Shown here: positions 61,809 to 64,000 of the stretch, piece by piece | Layout of the letters: every line of letters starts with the position of its first letter | Position numbering within the stretch: position 1 is the first letter of the stretch | IMG/VR virus record: IMGVR_UViG_3300002231_000336 | DNA from: a virus | Reading direction: 5' to 3' (one strand) | Length of the DNA: 64,000 bases | Notes under the pieces: model-generated | Told to the model about the DNA's origin: nothing | What the model saw: only the letters and a program-made list of their open reading frames with translations | Databases searched by the model: none | Translations under genes and position numbers: made by a program

Positions 61809-62056
61809 CTTCAACCTCCTACTAGGTTTACGGACTAGGCCATCAGTAGGGATGACCAGGGGGGCTACCCTTTTCGTCCTGTTTCAAATTTTTACAGCGA
61901 CATAACTTGTTGCCTTACATATATTTAAGACACCCAGTGGGGGTTTTCACTTCCCAACTTACCCCCGCCATACATCTTTTAAAAACCTTTTATAAAGAGG
62001 GTAAGAGTAGACCCAGTAAAGGCTTATGCTGCAGCAGCAAACGATACCAGTCTATA

Positions 62057-62072
62057 TGTTTCACGTGAAACA
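62057..62072. promoter_or_regulatory. parS: parS site (copy 2)
   Basis: TGTTTCACGTGAAACA. Confidence 0.85.
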
Positions 62073-62077
62073 TTGGC

Positions 62078-62479
62078 TTAGGCAATCTTGGTAACCTTGG
62101 TGTCCTTGTATGACTCGAGCAACTGCTTCTCTTTGTCGTCGTATTTGACATTGACTGTGGTGTTATTGACTTGCGAGACAAGGCCTTCAATCTTGGCTAG
62201 ACTGTCTAAAGCATGCAATTGATCCTTGTCGGATACATTGTTATTGTCGACGAACTTTTTATATAACCTCTTTATTTCTGCGGGTGTAAGTAATACTTCT
62301 TGGAACTTCTTGGATAGTTCATCTTTAATAAGTTTATCTTTAAGTAAATTACAAGCTGTAGATGCAGCGTTCTTGGGTGTAAATCCGGCTTTTATTGCTG
62401 ATTGTGTAGCATTCACACTCTGGACATACTCATTTATAAATAACTTGTGTTTGCGTCCTAGCTTTTTGAGTGGTTTCAC
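62078..62479 (-). CDS. terS: Terminase small subunit (copy 2)
   Basis: Same as 23205-23606. Confidence 0.9.
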   Translation of the reverse strand: MKPLKKLGRKHKLFINEYVQSVNATQSAIKAGFTPKNAASTACNLLKDKLIKDELSKKFQEVLLTPAEIKRLYKKFVDNNNVSDKDQLHALDSLAKIEGLVSQVNNTTVNVKYDDKEKQLLESYKDTKVTKIA

Positions 62480-62703
62480 TGTGTTGTCCTTTGTATTTCA
62501 TGTAGCAGATGCCTACATGCGATTATGTCTTGGCGTAAGTGCGTATCCACAATATCTTGTATCAATACGTTATTGTCGTAAATGTATATGTCTTGGTTAT
62601 TGTGTCTATGTGATAGTTTGACCCGTGGTATCGTCTCTGGTTTGCACATCAGCGCGTCTTTGATTAACATAATATGATTTTTTCTCTTAAAGATTATATA
62701 TAT

Positions 62704-62731
62704 ATTATAACATATATTTGATAAATGTCAA
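62704..62731 (-). promoter_or_regulatory. Leftward sigma70 promoter (copy 2)
   Basis: TTGACA-16-TATAAT. Confidence 0.75.
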
Positions 62732-63215
62732 GCTGTAGAGCTAAAATAGTTATAAATAGTCGTTAAAATGCTTTATTAATTGTTTTAATAAGTGTTTAGA
62801 TAGTTATGGTTTTATTATGTTTCTGCATATTTTTTATGATATCTGTGCAACAAAGTTAGTAACAGTAACACAGTAACACACCCACTTATATATATCCAAA
62901 AACAAAGAGTGTTACTGAAGAATTTTTGTTACTGAGTTTTTCTGTTTGTTGGAGATGTTGTTTTTTTTAGACACGTTTTTAAATGTTTTTTCCCTATAAG
63001 CCAGTGAGCTTGCTCACCCCGCTATATATCATACATTGTATGTAATATTGGTACTACATTGTTAATTGCTCTGTATTTGCGCCGTAACGCCCCTCTAAGG
63101 CATTTTATGTTGTTCTGTGTCGGTTATGCTTAATGCCTTTAAAACGGCAATATATGGTTAAAGTTTCTTAGTTTATCGGGCGATAAAATAAATGTGGAAT
63201 AGTTGAAAAAAAATA

Positions 63216-63244
63216 TTGACAAACGATTTTGCGTCGGTTATATT
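63216..63244 (+). promoter_or_regulatory. Early sigma70 promoter (copy 2)
   Basis: TTGACA-17-TATATT. Confidence 0.8.
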
Positions 63245-63289
63245 TAGGTATCTTTGAAATAGGTTATTAACTTTTACAGAGGGGGAAAA

Positions 63290-63469
63290 ATGAAAACATT
63301 AAGATATAAACTGACACTAAAACACAAGGGCAAAGCATACGGTGAAATAATGCGCACAGTATCTAATCGCAAAGCTTGTCGTGATTGGGTGGTTACAATG
63401 TCCAGTAATGATATTATCGCTGAAGCGATAGACATAAAAACTGGCAAAGTTATTTATACGTCAAATTGA
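63290..63469 (+). CDS. Early protein 1 (copy 2)
   Basis: Same as 24417-24596. Confidence 0.7.
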   Translation: MKTLRYKLTLKHKGKAYGEIMRTVSNRKACRDWVVTMSSNDIIAEAIDIKTGKVIYTSN

Positions 63470-63471
63470 CA

Positions 63472-63523
63472 AACCGAAACCGCCTTCAGGCGGTCTACAC
63501 GTCATACGTGTACTGATGAGGTT
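63472..63523 (+). ncRNA. Type II hammerhead ribozyme (copy 2)
   Basis: Same as 24599-24650. Confidence 0.9.
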
Positions 63524-63557
63524 AACAGATTAATAATGATTTACAGAGGGGGATCCA

Positions 63558-63725
63558 ATGAACAATTACAGAGTAGAAAAAGAACAGGACCATATCAGGG
63601 TATCAAAAGACACTAGTTTTTACATTGAAGCTGATACCGTTGAAGAAGTGAAGGAATATCTAACAAGTAAAGGTATGGAATTCTCACGTTATGGAAAATT
63701 TACTAACACGGTATATTACAAGTAA
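63558..63725 (+). CDS. Early protein 2 (copy 2)
   Basis: Same as 24685-24852. Confidence 0.7.
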   Translation: MNNYRVEKEQDHIRVSKDTSFYIEADTVEEVKEYLTSKGMEFSRYGKFTNTVYYK

Positions 63726-63851
63726 GGGATATAGCATGAGAAAAGTATTAATGTTGTTAGTAGTGATAACTTTGGTCGTAACGTTTCCGGCGTGGTTACC
63801 GGTAATGCTGGCGGTCGTGTTTAATGTAGGGTAAACTGAAAGGGGTAAGAG

Positions 63852-64000
63852 ATGAACACACAAACAGTAAAACTCAATGATTTAGCGCAATACTTCACAA
63901 CAGGCAAGAGAGACAATGACGAAATATACTATTTTCTTAACGATGAAGCACCGCAAGTATTACATGACGCAATACATGAAGCACACGGGGATATGCTACC
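63852..64000 (+). CDS. Ocr-like protein (copy 2, truncated by window end)
   Basis: Same as the start of 24979-25413. Confidence 0.55.
   Translation, partial: MNTQTVKLNDLAQYFTTGKRDNDEIYYFLNDEAPQVLHDAIHEAHGDML

Larger units (their letters stand above)
38882..64000. repeat. Phage genome unit, copy 2 (partial; equals about 1-25127 of copy 1)
   Basis: Identical ORF series in the track. Genes broken in copy 1 are intact here. Confidence 0.97.

Noticed and set aside
1-64000. Tandem integrated prophages or a real 78-kb genome with a large duplication
   Set aside because: There are no host flanks, att-like sites or integrase, and the junction runs seamlessly through the middle of a gene (38798-40168).

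Overview
The window holds about 1.65 head-to-tail copies of one 38,873-bp tailed-phage genome (podovirus-like organisation, low GC, genetic code 11). Copy 1 is 1-38881 and copy 2 is 38882-64000 (partial). No host DNA is visible. I found eight single-base insertions between the copies, all in copy 1 (2175-12334). They frameshift five genes that are intact in copy 2 and look like sequencing or assembly errors. A divergent promoter region (about 23800-24400) splits the genome. The minus-strand late arm carries TerS, HNH, TerL, portal, scaffold, major capsid, a glycosyltransferase/methyltransferase cassette, adaptor, nozzle, probable ejection proteins, a block of signal-peptide-bearing fibre-like or lectin-like proteins and small membrane proteins. 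The plus-strand early arm carries an Ocr-like protein, cell-wall hydrolase, HD protein, AAA_24 ATPase, SSB-like protein, ERCC4 nuclease, tRNA(CAT), Lar-like protein, AAA_25 helicase, metallophosphoesterase and a stand-alone NrdJ C-terminal-like domain. I recognised no integrase, repressor, DNA polymerase, primase, ParA or ParB. The most striking non-annotated signals are: (1) two tandem tRNA-shaped ncRNA cassettes clamped by a shared extension stem; (2) a perfect chromosomal-type parS site behind terS; (3) a complete type II hammerhead ribozyme in the first early transcript; and (4) an approximately 5.7-kb module of exported fibre-like proteins. Protein calls come from motif recognition by eye, not from database searches.
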